64,000 nucleotides of DNA from Ophelia neglecta. Lineage: Eukaryota. This document shows, in pieces, positions 27,501 to 40,803 of this stretch. Position numbers and translations under genes: made by a program. The DNA is taken from NCBI GenBank assembly GCA_965285935.1, contig OZ260663.1, positions 71,052,001-71,116,000 on the forward strand, written 5' to 3'. The notes under the pieces were generated by a model that saw only the letters and a program-made list of their open reading frames with translations, was not told the origin of the DNA and searched no databases. The stretch's first letter is position 1. Each line of letters starts with the position of its first letter.

Positions 27501-30226
27501 GGATCAAAACTATCACTAGACAAGGCAATAATTGCTCAGAAAAAAAATAACAACCCAAGTCTGATACTTCTAAATGTTTTAAGTTTTTGCAGTTTTTACG
27601 AGTGGGAAGATACAGTATCTGGTATTGGAAATCCCATTGCCACTAAAATAGAACTAATCCCGGCATCCAGTGCAGTGCAGCAATTCTCCAAGTAATATGG
27701 AAAGCTTTATAAATATCCATATTCATGTTAAATAATTTCCCCTGACACAAATATGTTGTATCAATCTTGCAATAAATAATAACTTCCCTATACCTAAGCT
27801 TACAAATATAACATTGCTGTCGCTGACAACAACATCGGGGAGTGAGAACTTGTTGGAAAACACACCGCAGGGGAATGAAGGCACCATTTTGGTAGATTTT
27901 ACAGACAACACAAGTTGACACAACTCAACAACAGTAAAAATATCACGATGACAGCAATAAAACTAGTACATGTATTTTTCAAATTCTCAACGTTTCATGC
28001 AAAGTTGGAAACTGATACACTTGGCCAGTGGTGTATGGCTTCCTACTGATTCTGTATTCAGTTAATGGAGAAATCTACTTACTTCCAGGGAAAATGTATT
28101 CCCCAGGGATTAAGGATGTTAACCCCAATTGCAAACATATACAACATCTTCGAGCCTCGCCCATTAGAATTTTCTAACAGCTGCAAGGTGCCAAGGGCAG
28201 TCTTGTAGAGCTAATCAACACTGACAGGTGCTAATTATGTTTCTGTCAGTGGGTTTGAGAGAATTCAAAAACGCATGCATACTGAGTGTGCCATGCATGC
28301 GTATTATGTTAAAGATGGATGCAAAGCTACTCATTCAATTGAGGCAAGTACATACAGATAATATTTTTTAACCAAAACACCTCTTTAACAAATGTCAGGA
28401 ATGAGGGATGAAGGTGGCTTCTTGACTGGCCAAAGCATATCCAACTTTGATAAAGGGTAGATATCTAACATGAAAGGAACGAACGAGTTTCTGTGAATAA
28501 GATATTCAGTGTTGATGGAGAAACACCAAAGTAGTAAGAAATAAAACTCAAATACTTTATAACTGTCACCTTTCTTCGTGACCTTTCTGACGATGCTTAA
28601 TGTTTAATTTAGCACTTTTATTATTCATAGCTGCAACTTTTATGAAATAACTAATTTTTGATAAATTGATGCATTCAACCCAGGTTCATTGTTTCTATAA
28701 GACCCTAGATTTATTTTGAACCACAGAGCTAATGCCTGTGTCTTACTCGCATATCATTTACATAAATAGTCTGGAAACATGGAACTGCACTTCATGATGC
28801 TGAAAGATGAAGGACACAAGACTTCAATGGCAGTGTGTACATTTTCTGATTCTAAGAAGATCAAACACACAATAGTAGTGCTATCCTTGTTCCTCAGTAG
28901 AAGACTGCTGCAATATTTTAATGACCTGTAGGGCTTGAAATATTTGCTTGGAATTCTATTTTTCTTATTGGCAGGATATGAGTTCTGGCAAAATTTAATT
29001 CCACACAAATTTAATGTGTAGATATAAACATTTTTTGTTGAAATCTAGACTGCTCATAGATATTCCTGCAAATATTTTTTGAAGTACAACAGTGTGAATT
29101 TTACACCAGTCTACAGTATTCAAAATGTTAGATGTAACGATGTTGCAAAATGTGTGAAAAACCCTTTGGTTTAATAACTACTTACTTCACTTTAGATACC
29201 TATTACATAACATGAAATTCTATAAATTGAGAAAATAGTTGTCAATTTTTTCAGCACCCACCAGTTGAGCACTAGAGCACATTAATTTTGCTGGTTGGGC
29301 ATAGAGTCAGTGCCTAGTCACAAATCTCTGACTATATTGGTACATGTATGCCCAATCAAAATGCCCCCATCATTCTAAAAGTCCATTAGAAAATAATAAA
29401 AAGCCATTTAACGTCAGAGTTTCTCGGACTAGTCATCCCCTTGGAAGGTTAGCACACCTCCGACTCACAAGTCACACGTACCATAGTATCATCCTAGATC
29501 TAATGAGAGCAATTAACCAACTTTTTTTCATATGTTGTATACATATGCCGACAGGGGTTGAATTCAAACATTATATTGGAATTGTAATTTCATTAATCTT
29601 AATAATCAACTTAATTGTTCAGAAGAACACTACCATATAACAATGGACTGTAGGTGGTCTCTCTGGTGGAGACCTGGAGACCATATGGTCTGTCCTCCGA
29701 TGACAGCTATCGTTACCTCTGCCCATGAACCAGCTGGGAGGTATATTTACAAAGTCTAGCAATGGGGACAAGATGTCACAGAAAAGGTTATTACAAAAAC
29801 ATCTTATTGAAGAATAATTCATTATTAGCTATCACTGAGGACCGTATTAGATGAATATGGACTATCATATGAGAACTGAAAATGCACTGCTCCTAATTCA
29901 ACATCAATTTGTTTTGTTTAATACACAATGCTCACTTTTTGATAACTTGTGACAGAATAAGTACAATATGGAATGATATATTCAATGCACGATTAACAAA
30001 TGTTAGATTCAAAGTGTAACAGTCTATTACACCACAAGGCTAAACCACCGCACTGTGCAGTATCTCCTATTCATATTATAAAGCACTATATGAAACCGCT
30101 GAACGATTTAATAGCCACTGACTTCCGACAACTGTCAAAGCAGTTTATATCTCGACAGCTTATGAGGAACAGATGATCTAAACATGTTGTTGATTTATTA
30201 TTTTATTAAGTAGCATTTAGACTTAC

Positions 30227-30330
30227 CTGAAAATATCTGTTACAATGATAAGATAACGAGTTAAACAGAAGTTTTCACACCGTGTGTTCACTGTTGACTC
30301 TTTCGACTCAACTCTCCAAACACCCGCAAA
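30227..30330 (-). other. Putative first exon of a minus-strand transcript divergent from MED10
   Basis: Perfect donor CAG|GTAAGT on the minus strand at 30227/30226, about 250 bp upstream of the MED10 ATG, inside a CpG-containing promoter-like segment. Upper boundary is approximate. Confidence 0.5.
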
Positions 30331-30479
30331 GCAAACGGAATATGCACCGGATGAACTAGTGAGTCACGTCAATTCTCGTTCACTGCAGTCAGTAGTGTAG
30401 GAAGGGGGCATTCTGCTCACAGAGATGAAAACTGAACGAACTTTTTCCGTAATATAGATCGGAATTGCACAAACCAATT
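30330..30479. promoter_or_regulatory. MED10 promoter/5' region, probably bidirectional
   Basis: Lies between the divergent donor exon and the MED10 ATG. Contains ETS-like CGGAA/CCGGAT and TGAGTCA(CGTC) AP-1/CRE-like motifs. Confidence 0.45.
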
Positions 30480-31716
30480 ATGGCTGAAAAATTTGAGCTT
30501 TTGGAGCAGCAACTGGAAATGTTCATAGAAAATACCAGACAATTGGGTATAATTGTTGGTGATTTTCAACCTCAAGGTCAAAGTGTTTTAAATCAAAAAA
30601 TGTAAGTGAACTTACAAATATTTATTTCTATGTTTTCGGCAAAAGCAGAAGTGCATGGGCTATCCCAGTAGTACTAGACCAGCGTTGCATCCACATACCA
30701 GCTCTGTGAAAAGCATCGTGAGATGAGAAACTTGTGTTCTAATCGTTTCAAACCATGCTCATGACTTAAAAGCAGGATTCCACAGGGGCTATGAACCTAT
30801 GTGTCTCGTGTTATATTAGACTTGAACTGCCTATTAAATGTGTGAGTGTGTGATTTCATAACAAGTCCTCTATGGGCATTAGTTAGACCAAGGCAATCTT
30901 GGTGGCAATTTTTCTCTTTGCCAAATAAATGTACATGTTTTGTCATTCTAATTTATTGCATGTGCATCTCATTCAACAGTAATTCAATGGTGACAGGGAT
31001 GCAAGAAGTTGATAAACTCCGCAGCCAAGTTCAGGATGTGCAGATACCTCTAGAAGTTTTTGAGTAAGTATGTGTTTTTGATTCATAATGGAAACTTCTG
31101 ACAAGAAACGGGCCCCTGATGCACATGATTTTCCAAATATAAGTTGGTGTACGTATCATTTAATATAGTGTTGTCTAGGCCTCCGGTCAGCTGGGTTGAC
31201 TCACTATTGGTAGCATACTTGTGAGACAGCAAAATATAGGAAAAGAGAATGTTTTTTCTGTCTAATTGTGGTTCACACAAAGAATACCCAATTTCATTTG
31301 CATGGTTGACATGATTTCAGGTATATAGACAGAGGTAAAAACCCAGGATTATATACCAAGGATTGTATGGAAAAAGCCCTGGCAAAAAATGAGGCAGTTA
31401 AAGGCAAAATTGATGCCTTTAAAGTAAGTTGCTTTAATTAAATCAATTATTAAAAATGTTTAATGAATCCAATTTAGGCAGAAACATTTATCATCTTTTA
31501 AATATTTGAGTGAAATAGTTCAGGCACACTAAGTTAGGTGCTTTAAGGTCAAAAATAAATGTAAAACAGTTTCACATGCCATGATCTTCTTTTATCCCTT
31601 TCGTTCTTTTTGTTTTGCAGAAGTTTAAAACTGCCTTGATTGTTGAACTAAGCAAGGAATTCCCTAATGAAATGTCAAAGTACAGAGCTATAAGAGGAGA
31701 TGACCGACTGTCATGA
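30480..31716 (+). CDS. MED10: Mediator of RNA polymerase II transcription subunit 10 (134 aa, 4 exons)
   Basis: Exons 30480-30601, 30980-31063, 31321-31423 and 31621-31716, all GT-AG with consistent phase. Translation MAEKFELLEQQLEMFIENTRQLGIIVGDFQPQGQSVLNQKI...IPLEVFEYIDRGKNPGLYTKDCMEKALAKNEAVKGKIDAFKKFK...FPNEMSKYRAIRGDD matches MED10/NUT2. AATAAA signals at ~32264-32282. Confidence 0.97.
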
Positions 31717-34700
31717 TAGTTTTGTCTACACCCTCCCAAATAAAAACACTGGACTGTGAAAACCATCATATATATGTGATGGGTCACATCATATGATACT
31801 GGTGCTCTCAGTTGCTCCCTAAAATAAGAACCACTGACAGGATCAGGGCTTGTGCTATTGGAACAGTGACAGTGCAATGCATTCCCTGTATACTAATTGT
31901 CAATGTGGACTAGAATTTGAGTGATTTGAGTCCAGCAAACATGACTGTGTTAGTTTTATCTAACAAAAAACAATAGTGCAAGAACTCTCTGGACAAAATC
32001 TTTTTGAAGGAAATATGTTCCCAGTCATAGCTGTTTCATACTACTCAAAACTAACCTAGACATGAGAAAGTAGTATACCTGATCCAGATGTTTACTTCAT
32101 CTGGATGGTAGACTCAGCTGGAAAGACAAATATTTCCAACAAGTAATTTGCTGTAGGTTAAAAATACTAGTGGATACATTCATCTTGGAAAATGTGTCCC
32201 TGTTTGGAAGACCTACCAGAAGGTGCTTTATAAACAGATCACAGAGTTAACCATATGTTGTAAAATAAAATGTATGAATAAACATATCAATAACTATTAT
32301 TTTAGTTGATTTATTGTGTAACCTGCCTTAGGCATATATTGCCCTTACACTAAGGCACACCAATTTTGAGTAGACTGACAGCATGGTCATTTTCCCTTCA
32401 TAGGTCCTAAAGTGTAGCACTATTGATTGTGCAGATTTGCAGCAGTTAGCAGGTAGTGGGTCTTGTCGACCTTCCTAAGGCATAAACTGGAATAGTTGTT
32501 TGGCTCTAATGAATTGGGATTGGCAATAAATAGCAATATTGAAAGCTGTGGCAAAAGCAGCATGGCCTCTTGGTGTCAGATAATAGAACATAAAGCTAAC
32601 CTGTTTATACCCAGTACTTATTAAGATGAACGTGTTCAGGTTGGGTTATAAAATATCTGATATTGCAGATTATTTAGCTACCAATGCTGCTTTTGTCCAC
32701 AGCTTTTGTCAATTACACCAAGCCACGGTACTATTTCTTTCTGAAACCTTGTAGATGTTTGGCAGGAATCAAAAGTGATATCCAAACTGGATGCACAGCA
32801 CCTATGATACTCAGAAGGACTAATACCTTATGAGGAAGCTGTATGATACTTGCCTATATATTGTTACATGTAAATATTATTGCTCTCTGTACAGCTACAT
32901 AATTCACAATAACCGTAGCACTGTGCAGATGTTAAATAAAACTGTACTGTTGGTCCAGATAGGCACAGATAATGAACTGAATACAAATTTAATAAAAGTC
33001 AAAAATCAAGAGTAGTGCTTATGTGAAATGAAAGGGGGTTAGCTACCTAAATATATAACCTGTGTCTACCAGGATATAAAGTTATTTGGTAGAATCATGG
33101 TGAAACATGTTTCCAGGCATAATAGCCTCATACTATTGGTATATGTTCTTGGACACTAACACAAGTCTAGATTAAATCTAATCAACCGGACAAATACATA
33201 TAATTTAGTACTTATACTATTTTACATGATTTACTTCCAACCTTCCTGGAGACATTTACTAGTATAATTGAAAGACAATTTTTCTTATGCCGATGACTCT
33301 TTGGATTTGGGTACTTCTTGAAAAAATTTACAGCTGATTTTTTTTCTACCTCGTACAGTAGAACTGGGTATTACCAGACAGAGGGGTTCCTTGGACGCTA
33401 TTGGTCAGACACTGGTTGATTGCAAAAAAAATGTGGTGGGAAAAGGTTAGAGCGTTCTACGAGTATGTGTTGACACATTTTGTATGAAACTGATTGGTTG
33501 GCAGCGGCTATCTGTGCCTGTGCATTAGTGATGTAATTCTCTTCACAGACTTGCACACCATGCGTTGAGGAGGTCACAGTCAACAGCCATATGTAAGTGA
33601 GGTACAGTCACACAATTTGAAAAATTAAATTATCATTATTGTCCACTGACAACATTTACTATGAATGTATGAAGAAAGTTCACATCAATTCTTTTATTTC
33701 TTTTTTATTATAAACATAGATACAATTGTACAAATGAAATGAGACTTGTTTGGGCTATCCGATCTGTGCACTAATATTTAATGTGGCTTTATGATCAAAG
33801 CGCCTTTAACAGAAAATGGGTCTTTTACTCTACAACTTGCTGTTACTGATATAATAATGTCGAGACCACGTTAAGCTACCAGTACAGTGTAGTACCTCTG
33901 TGTAGTGATAGGAGATGGCCATCAGCATGTGACCAATTCATGTACTTGTGTGTTAGCCTTTCTCCTTCACATAACTTACTTGCAGATCCAGTACTCTTGT
34001 GACTGAGTTAACAAACTGAGTTGCCCTCATTTAAATCTGAATACATTCACAATAGACAGGACACAACTATACTAGATCTCAATGTGTACTTAAGGAACAT
34101 CATAACATCAAAGCTGGGTAGCCTCAAGCAATAACTGATTTCAATAGTCAAAGTCTAATTTTGTAATAGTGAAGACTTTAGCCGATTTGTGCCCCATAGT
34201 CACACTAGATTCCTACTAAATAAGCAGAAAAGGTCACTAATGGGTTTACCGAAAAATGAAAGCATACCACATTTAGCATGTTTATGTTTTTTGCCTTTTG
34301 ACAAATATAATGCCTGACTTATTTCTGAATTAACTGTATAGTTTGACAGACCAGTATTACATATTCACATGTATCTTTATAATGTTTGTTTCTTATATTT
34401 TTTTACTGCCAGCCATTATTAAACAGATTTTATTCCTTGCTAATTTGACTGTAAGTTGGCTCGGAACAGTTTAAATATTTACTAAATATCTTTCCATTTG
34501 CTCACAACATGATTTGTAAATCCTTTAAATAAATGCCATTGATTGAATACCAAATAGCATAATGTTAAGACATGGATTGGTGAGGCACACAGACAGCAAT
34601 ATCTCATCTTATTTCTAGTGACCAAAGTATACTGAAACAGATATACCAAGAAAATGAAATATACAGTACTGTACGTACAATGTATACTTTTGGCAACTTA

Positions 34701-34904
34701 TTACAACCTGTAAGATACATGCTTGATGTGTCTGATTAATAAAATAGGTGTACAACAAAACCATCATTGTAATATTAAACTTGTCCAGATGGGCAGTTCT
34801 TGCACTTTTGCATCAAGCTCTCCAGAAAATGGTTTGTGCTCAGTCTGGCTAAAGTTACCTCAACATCAGTTTAATGTTCATGGATTTATTCCTGTAAGCT
34901 TGTG

Positions 34905-37900
34905 TCATGTTGACGGACGAGGTTTTAAAATCAACTTTCCAGTCTGAAACATATTATAAAATGTTATTAATGTATGTTAATTTATCACTGCATTCTTCGA
35001 TTCAACAAGGAATTTAGTGGACAAAGTGATGTGAACAAATCCAAACAGTAAAGCTAAAAAAAATGTTCTGGCTAAAAAAACTTGATATGTCCAGAAATGT
35101 AAGGCAAGAAAAATATTGCACACACACCCAAACCTATCAATACATATGACCCATTCTTTTCTTTGAAAAAAGGTGGGGACTAATATATGGATTGTATTCA
35201 AGAGAGTCTCCATGGGATATTGTAATTCTGGCCATATGTTATATAAATTATATTTTGAAAGTAATTTTATTCAAAATGAAGCCAAAAAGAAAAAAAATTC
35301 AAACAAATACTACTGTGGTTGATGGGTGGTGCAAGAGATGTTTCCTGATATGGAAAATGGCAAAAAGCACAAAAGTAAGGTCAAAATATCAGTAAATTCC
35401 CCATTTTGGCCTTTAGAAAAATTATTTCAATGACAATCAAAAGTGTTTGGCAATATAAATTAATGTTCAGGTCAGTATCTACATACTGACACCATACATA
35501 TTCTTAACTCTGTACATCATTACTATATGTGTACATCACTCTTTAAAAGTTGAGGAATACCATTTTTTAACTCGCTGGTGCAATAATATGTGTTGCGAGA
35601 GCAAAAATGACAAGGTATTGCTTAGCCTTGTGACTCAAAGACCGTTGTATGTATCCCCCCTTTTTCTTTATAAAAGGGGGGAGAAAGGGGATTTTTTTGA
35701 TTAGCAGCTTCTTAGCACTTATCCATACCATAAATATGGAGAACAATTTCTTTAACAAACCTATTCCATTACTGTCCAAAATGTATAATGTATAAAAACT
35801 TTTCATTGGAACAAGACTGGAACTAGAATGATAACCTTGTTTCATACAGACTGAGGAATATTCATATTTTAATGTTACAAAATTCCATGTGGAATTAAAT
35901 GTTTAAGGGACCTTATATGACAAGAATAAACTGGGCCACAAATTAAAATCCTGCAAACATATCTGGAATCTTAAATACACCAAATAAAATTCCTCTGAAA
36001 CTTTCCATTCAGAATGTAAGAATGTTATATAACCAATACTTTTGTGTAGTCCAATTGCTTGTTTGACATGATATGGCAATACTCACATCATCACAAGACA
36101 TGTTATAATCTGCAAGAACCTGCCTGCACCGAGATGCAATACTGCAAAAGGTTAAGGATTTTATGGCAAAAAAATAACTTTCAAAATTAGTAAAAGCAGC
36201 CCTTTTCTTTCCTTCCTTTTTTCCAACCATTTTACCATTTCATATAATATAAAATAATCAACTACTATATTGTGCAATTCAGCAAGTGTATGATCTATAA
36301 TCATTTAAACAAATATATTCTTAAATTTAAATACTACTCTGATCTCGACCAACATAGAAAGGATACATAGATGGCGCCACTACCCTTTTGTGTATACCGC
36401 TGAGAAAAAGTAGAAGCAGCAGTAGACACATCAAAGTGAAGATTGGATGATTACATAGAGACTGAATAAATGAAACCTGAAAAATAAGGAACGCCTTAAG
36501 TTATTTTGTGTATAAGCACAATATCTAATGAAATTGATTTCAAATCAGTCAAAGCTATCAGATAGTTTATATGGTTCAGGCAAATATATAAAGTAGGTAT
36601 TCGAAGCAGAACAAACTTTGGATGTGTCTGGATCCCAAAGCCAGTGCCAAGCTCCTGTGGCTGTGCAAATTGATATAAACACCAGGACCACTGAAATACA
36701 TGGTGGCACCTTAAATTATTCTAGTAATCACAACAGCTTTACATTTTAGTCCTTATGATTAAATTATCTGCAAATGTCTTCTTATACCAAGGATGACATA
36801 ACCATCCACATGGTTCTTTCGAATACATGTACTTCAAACTTAATATTAAAAGGAGAGAGCATCAGAAATTTGCCACTCAGTTACAGTTAGATTAAATCAT
36901 TGGTTCGGTAATGATCCATGGTAAGAATTAATCAAATCCTAGATTGGTTACTAGAAAACACAAATCTGCCTCTGAGACACTACTTACCTCTCCATCTTGC
37001 TGTGGGTGGCTGAAGATGTGATATGACTTCTGTTAGGCGCCTCTCAAAAGCTTTTAAATCTAAAATGGAAAAGTAACTAGATAGTTGATGTGGATCGAAG
37101 TCGAATTGAACAGTCGAGCGACGCCTAGCGGTGTCGCCTGGATGCCTCCGCTAAGATGTTTATTAGCAGATGAAAGATTTAGGGGAAAATTGGTCAGAAG
37201 CAGATGTAGTGCTGAAAAGGAAACAAAAGTGAAAGTGATGGAAATAGTATGGTTCAATTATGTAGAACTTTTTAAAAGGTATAAAATGTGAATGTAGCAA
37301 AGGAGATGGTTATTGGAAGGTGTGATGCATTGCTATGATCGCAATTGTGTACGGTTAAGAGTAGATAAACTGAAAGAGGCAAGTTGGCTTGAATTATTGA
37401 AATAGTTATTAAGTTGGATTGTATCAAAAGTGATACAAAATGGTTCCCAGGTGTGCAGTTGAAGGAAACTCATAAAATCTAGTAAAACACAAGCTAATAA
37501 TTCTAACAGGCAATGGTTGTTATCTTATGTTGATGACATGGAAGTCATCACCACAGTGTGCTGGAAACATACTGATATTTTGATTCACCCTTGGCCAACT
37601 GTATGTTGAAGGTGGTCCAACTGTATGTTGAAAGTGGACACATTGATGTTTCTTAGACTAATGTTTTAACTTTGCTTGTAAAAGAGAAGCAGGCATATGG
37701 AACACAAAATAAGCTAGTATTAATTTCATATCAAGTGTAGTTAAGATCCTACAGTAATATTCCACCCTATATGAACTGTGGAAAAAAATGTTAAGAACAA
37801 AATGAAACAGCACACACCCAAAAAATTTAGGGTCAGTATAGAGTTTCACTGGCTTCTTTGAGAGGGTTTACAGGGGAAAAACTTGCATACGTAGCAGAAA

Positions 37901-39240
37901 AAGTTCTGAAGTTCTGGTTTTAACTAAGGGGGCCAAACCTAATTGGAAAACCTAGTAAAAGTGAGTCTATCTAAATTTTTCCTCGCTTACAATGTCCCTG
38001 CCTATTGGGGCATTTGGTAAAGAATGTGCAGTCCATGTTTGATTACTTATAGTACTTGTAATGATATCAAAAATTGTTTATTAGCAGGTGCCAGAACAAT
38101 TCTCTGTTGGATACAACATTTTCACACCGCTTGTACTAAACAACGAAACCGGGCGAAATCGAGCGAAACCCACCGAAACCGAGCATAAATATATAGAAGT
38201 GGGTGCCGAGGAGGGATTATTTGGTTGTTTTAAAGCTACAGATATACTTCAATGTCTCCCGTCGATCGTCGTTGTCATGTCAGCCATTGTGGTATCCACG
38301 GGGCATGCGACCGAAAACCAACCCAAAGCAAGTTATATTTGGGGCATATAACAAGTCGTTTGTATTACGCACTAATATAAATTTGCCTCCTTATCATTTT
38401 GGATTCTTATTTTGTCGATTTTATCCATATTTTGGACATTTTCGTAACATCTACCATCGAGATACGAGTGCTGCCCCCTACTGTGACTAAACTGTGGCAT
38501 CCGAATTAGTTCAGGCATGCGCAACTCTATACAGTTGATTACTTCCTCCTTGCAATCGTCTCAAGATCGACGGGAGACAACAATCGTATAATTTAGCAAA
38601 AAAACAATGATAAAATGACAGATATTTAATTTGAAGTATATCTGTAGCTTTAAAACAACCAAATCATCCCTCCTCGGCACCCACTTCTATATATTTATGC
38701 TCGGTTTCGGTGGGTTTCGCTCGATTTCGCCCGGTTTCGTTGTTTAGTACAACCCTTTTCACACGACTCGGGAGTCAATGAAGTGCTCATGTATTTCAAT
38801 GTTGTCTTGTTGCAGAGGGACCAATTATTGCCTTGGCTCAGCCAATCACATATGCACGTTACCGTCACTTCATTGTCCAGCGATCAATGAAGTTGCCAGC
38901 AAGTTGCTATCGTTTCTATGTGGAAAGAGTCAAATAAGAATCACTCTGTAAGGTTTAAAATTTTTTCTTCTCATTTGTTATTTGCAGACTTTACAGTGCT
39001 GGTACAATGTCCACGATATTAAAGTGCACTTGGTGCCGACTGCTCGGTTGTATCTACGTGGTTGAAAAATTGCCTTGCCCAAAAGATGTTGGGTCTGTGG
39101 CGAGTTGCCGGTGACCGATTTCGTTTACAGCCGAGAGCACAATGTACAGTAGATATTCTTTGCAAACCTGTGGAAAAAAGACGTGCTGGATATGAACAAT
39201 GGAAGTATATGTGATTACCTTCAGTTTGTTCTAAAGACAT
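34905..39240 (-). CDS. CNEP1R1: CTD nuclear envelope phosphatase 1 regulatory subunit 1 (TMEM188, Spo7-like; 123 aa, 6 exons)
   Basis: Exons 39240-39219, 37059-36988, 36690-36617, 36476-36367, 36141-36087 and 34943-34905 give [69 protein letters not shown]...[41 protein letters not shown]. This closely matches human CNEP1R1 as I recall it. The ORF track largely misses this gene. Confidence 0.96.
36142..36366 (-). other. U12-type (minor spliceosome) GT-AG intron, intron 4 of CNEP1R1
   Basis: 5' end GTATCCTTT. Branch site TCCTTAAC (plus-strand GTTAAGGA, 36151-36158) lies 9 nt before the 3' end. The junction AT|T keeps the frame (PSI-IASRC). Confidence 0.93.
38128..38755. mobile_element. Non-autonomous Mutator-like (MULE) element in CNEP1R1 intron 1
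   Basis: Near-perfect TIRs of ~120 bp (TTGTACTAAACAACGAAACCGGGCG...TACAGATATACTTCAA), an inner inverted pair TGTCTCCCGTCGATC, and an exact 9-bp TSD TTTTCACAC at 38119-38127 and 38756-38764. Confidence 0.9.
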
Positions 39241-39543
39241 TCTTATCTGGCTTTGTCAATTAATGCAATCGTAAGGAAGATGAATGAGTGAGACGGTACT
39301 TTCTAAGGGCATCTGATCTGTGCCAGATCCTCATATGAGATGGCCAGGCAGCTACGTTCATAATACGCGACTTTTGATTGGTTCGTTTCAGTCAGTGGCC
39401 AAGGTTATAACCAATTGGAATTCCCTACACATCCAGACAGACGAGACTACAGCGTGGTTCCACGGGAATATTGAGTGAAAGCTCATTGCCGGCCAAGATT
39501 GAAGCTAAGCGAAAAATATAGACAATATTCTCATTAAATCGTG
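39241..39543. promoter_or_regulatory. Bidirectional promoter for CNEP1R1 and NCOA5, with probable non-coding NCOA5 exon 1 ending at 39543
   Basis: CNEP1R1 ATG at 39240 (-); plus-strand donor GTG|GTAAGA at 39543/39544; CCAAT boxes at 39377 and 39411; CpG-rich. Confidence 0.6.
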
Positions 39544-40803
39544 GTAAGAACATTTACAACGCAGTAAAATAATAAACCCCTACATTTTAGCAAGCAGTTA
39601 CAATACTTACGGTAACCAATTTCTTTTGAATATAGAAGATAATGGACAATGTTCACATTTGCATACATGCATGTGTGTGTAAACTGGTAAAAGGCTGAAC
39701 AACTAACTACCCTCATAGGTACCCCCCCCCCCCCCAAGCATTCCCTCGAGATTCATCTGAAGAAGCCATAAAGAGCGGGTCCATGGTGAAAATTGACCCC
39801 AATGTAGTGATATTTATGTTGGAATAGAATAGGGGGGGGGGGGGGGGGGAGGGGGGCTTTACTATGGAACATTTCCAAACCCACTATACAATCATGGGAC
39901 AGGGAACAGCACTGATGGAAGCCAGGGAACCTCAACACAACACTCTTTTCCAGTTCTTCAAATTGACATTGGGTATTTACTTTAAAGCAGTAACAGCCTA
40001 CTCCTTTATTGAGAACCTATATAAAACCTAATTTTTTTTAATTTACGTGGTTATTTTTGCTTTCACCGGAGTTGCCTGTCCAACAAGCATGTTTACTATC
40101 CCTTTTAATTGGGAGAGCAAATGGTTTCTATGTACCTTGTTTATTAAATTACACACAGGGATATACACTAGACTTAGTGATCTTATTGCTCTAATACAGC
40201 TTTTAAGCCAAAAGTTATATAGCGGATACGAGTAAAGCTATACTTCTAGAAATATTTAATGTAGATTTTATTATTTAGTCAAAGTTTATTCTAATTTATC
40301 TTATATTAATGTTAGGCATGATTTAGATGTCTGGATCTAAACAGTTGTCCAACATTTTGGCAGTGTGTTTTCCTTCCTTGCTTTCCCTGTTAGTGTCCCA
40401 GCTGAACAGAAAAATATATGCTGTTTATTAATGGCAATGCGAAATTGCTGAGCTGCCTGACATAACAGTTTGCTTCACTTCTCAAAGTGACATCTGTGCT
40501 TACTACAGAGATTGCCACTTCCTCTGAACCATATGGCAGTTACATGTAAGTTGACACAACCTCCTGAAGTTGTATAGTGCATAATGCACAACAAAAGATT
40601 ATGTGTGGCCAAGATTTCATGACCCCATCTTATGCCCCATTGTGTTTACCTCAATGTGGACAAATGTCCCATACTTTTCAAAGCCAGGAATATCTACATT
40701 TCTAAATGCTTTATCAAGACATGCTAGTAATTTCTAGGCCAGCTGATGCCACATCCGGTTCTTTGTTAGCGAGAGGGAGAGGAAGAAGATTGTATTATCC
40801 CCG

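Noticed and set aside
7100-30200. miRNA, tRNA or snoRNA genes in the long non-coding interval
   Set aside because: By eye I found no match to conserved mature miRNAs, no tRNA cloverleaf and no well-formed C/D box pair. An Infernal/Rfam scan would be needed to exclude them.
33549-33592. Isolated 44-nt plus-strand exon-like segment (TTCACAG|...|GTAAGT) between MED10 and CNEP1R1
   Set aside because: Lies beyond the MED10 polyadenylation signals with no partner exons or homology; could be chance.
39721-39856. Poly-C and poly-G tracts as functional G-quadruplexes (also 5332, 49591, 55352, 60946, 61475)
   Set aside because: Such homopolymers recur throughout the window, often inside repeats, so there is no locus-specific signal.
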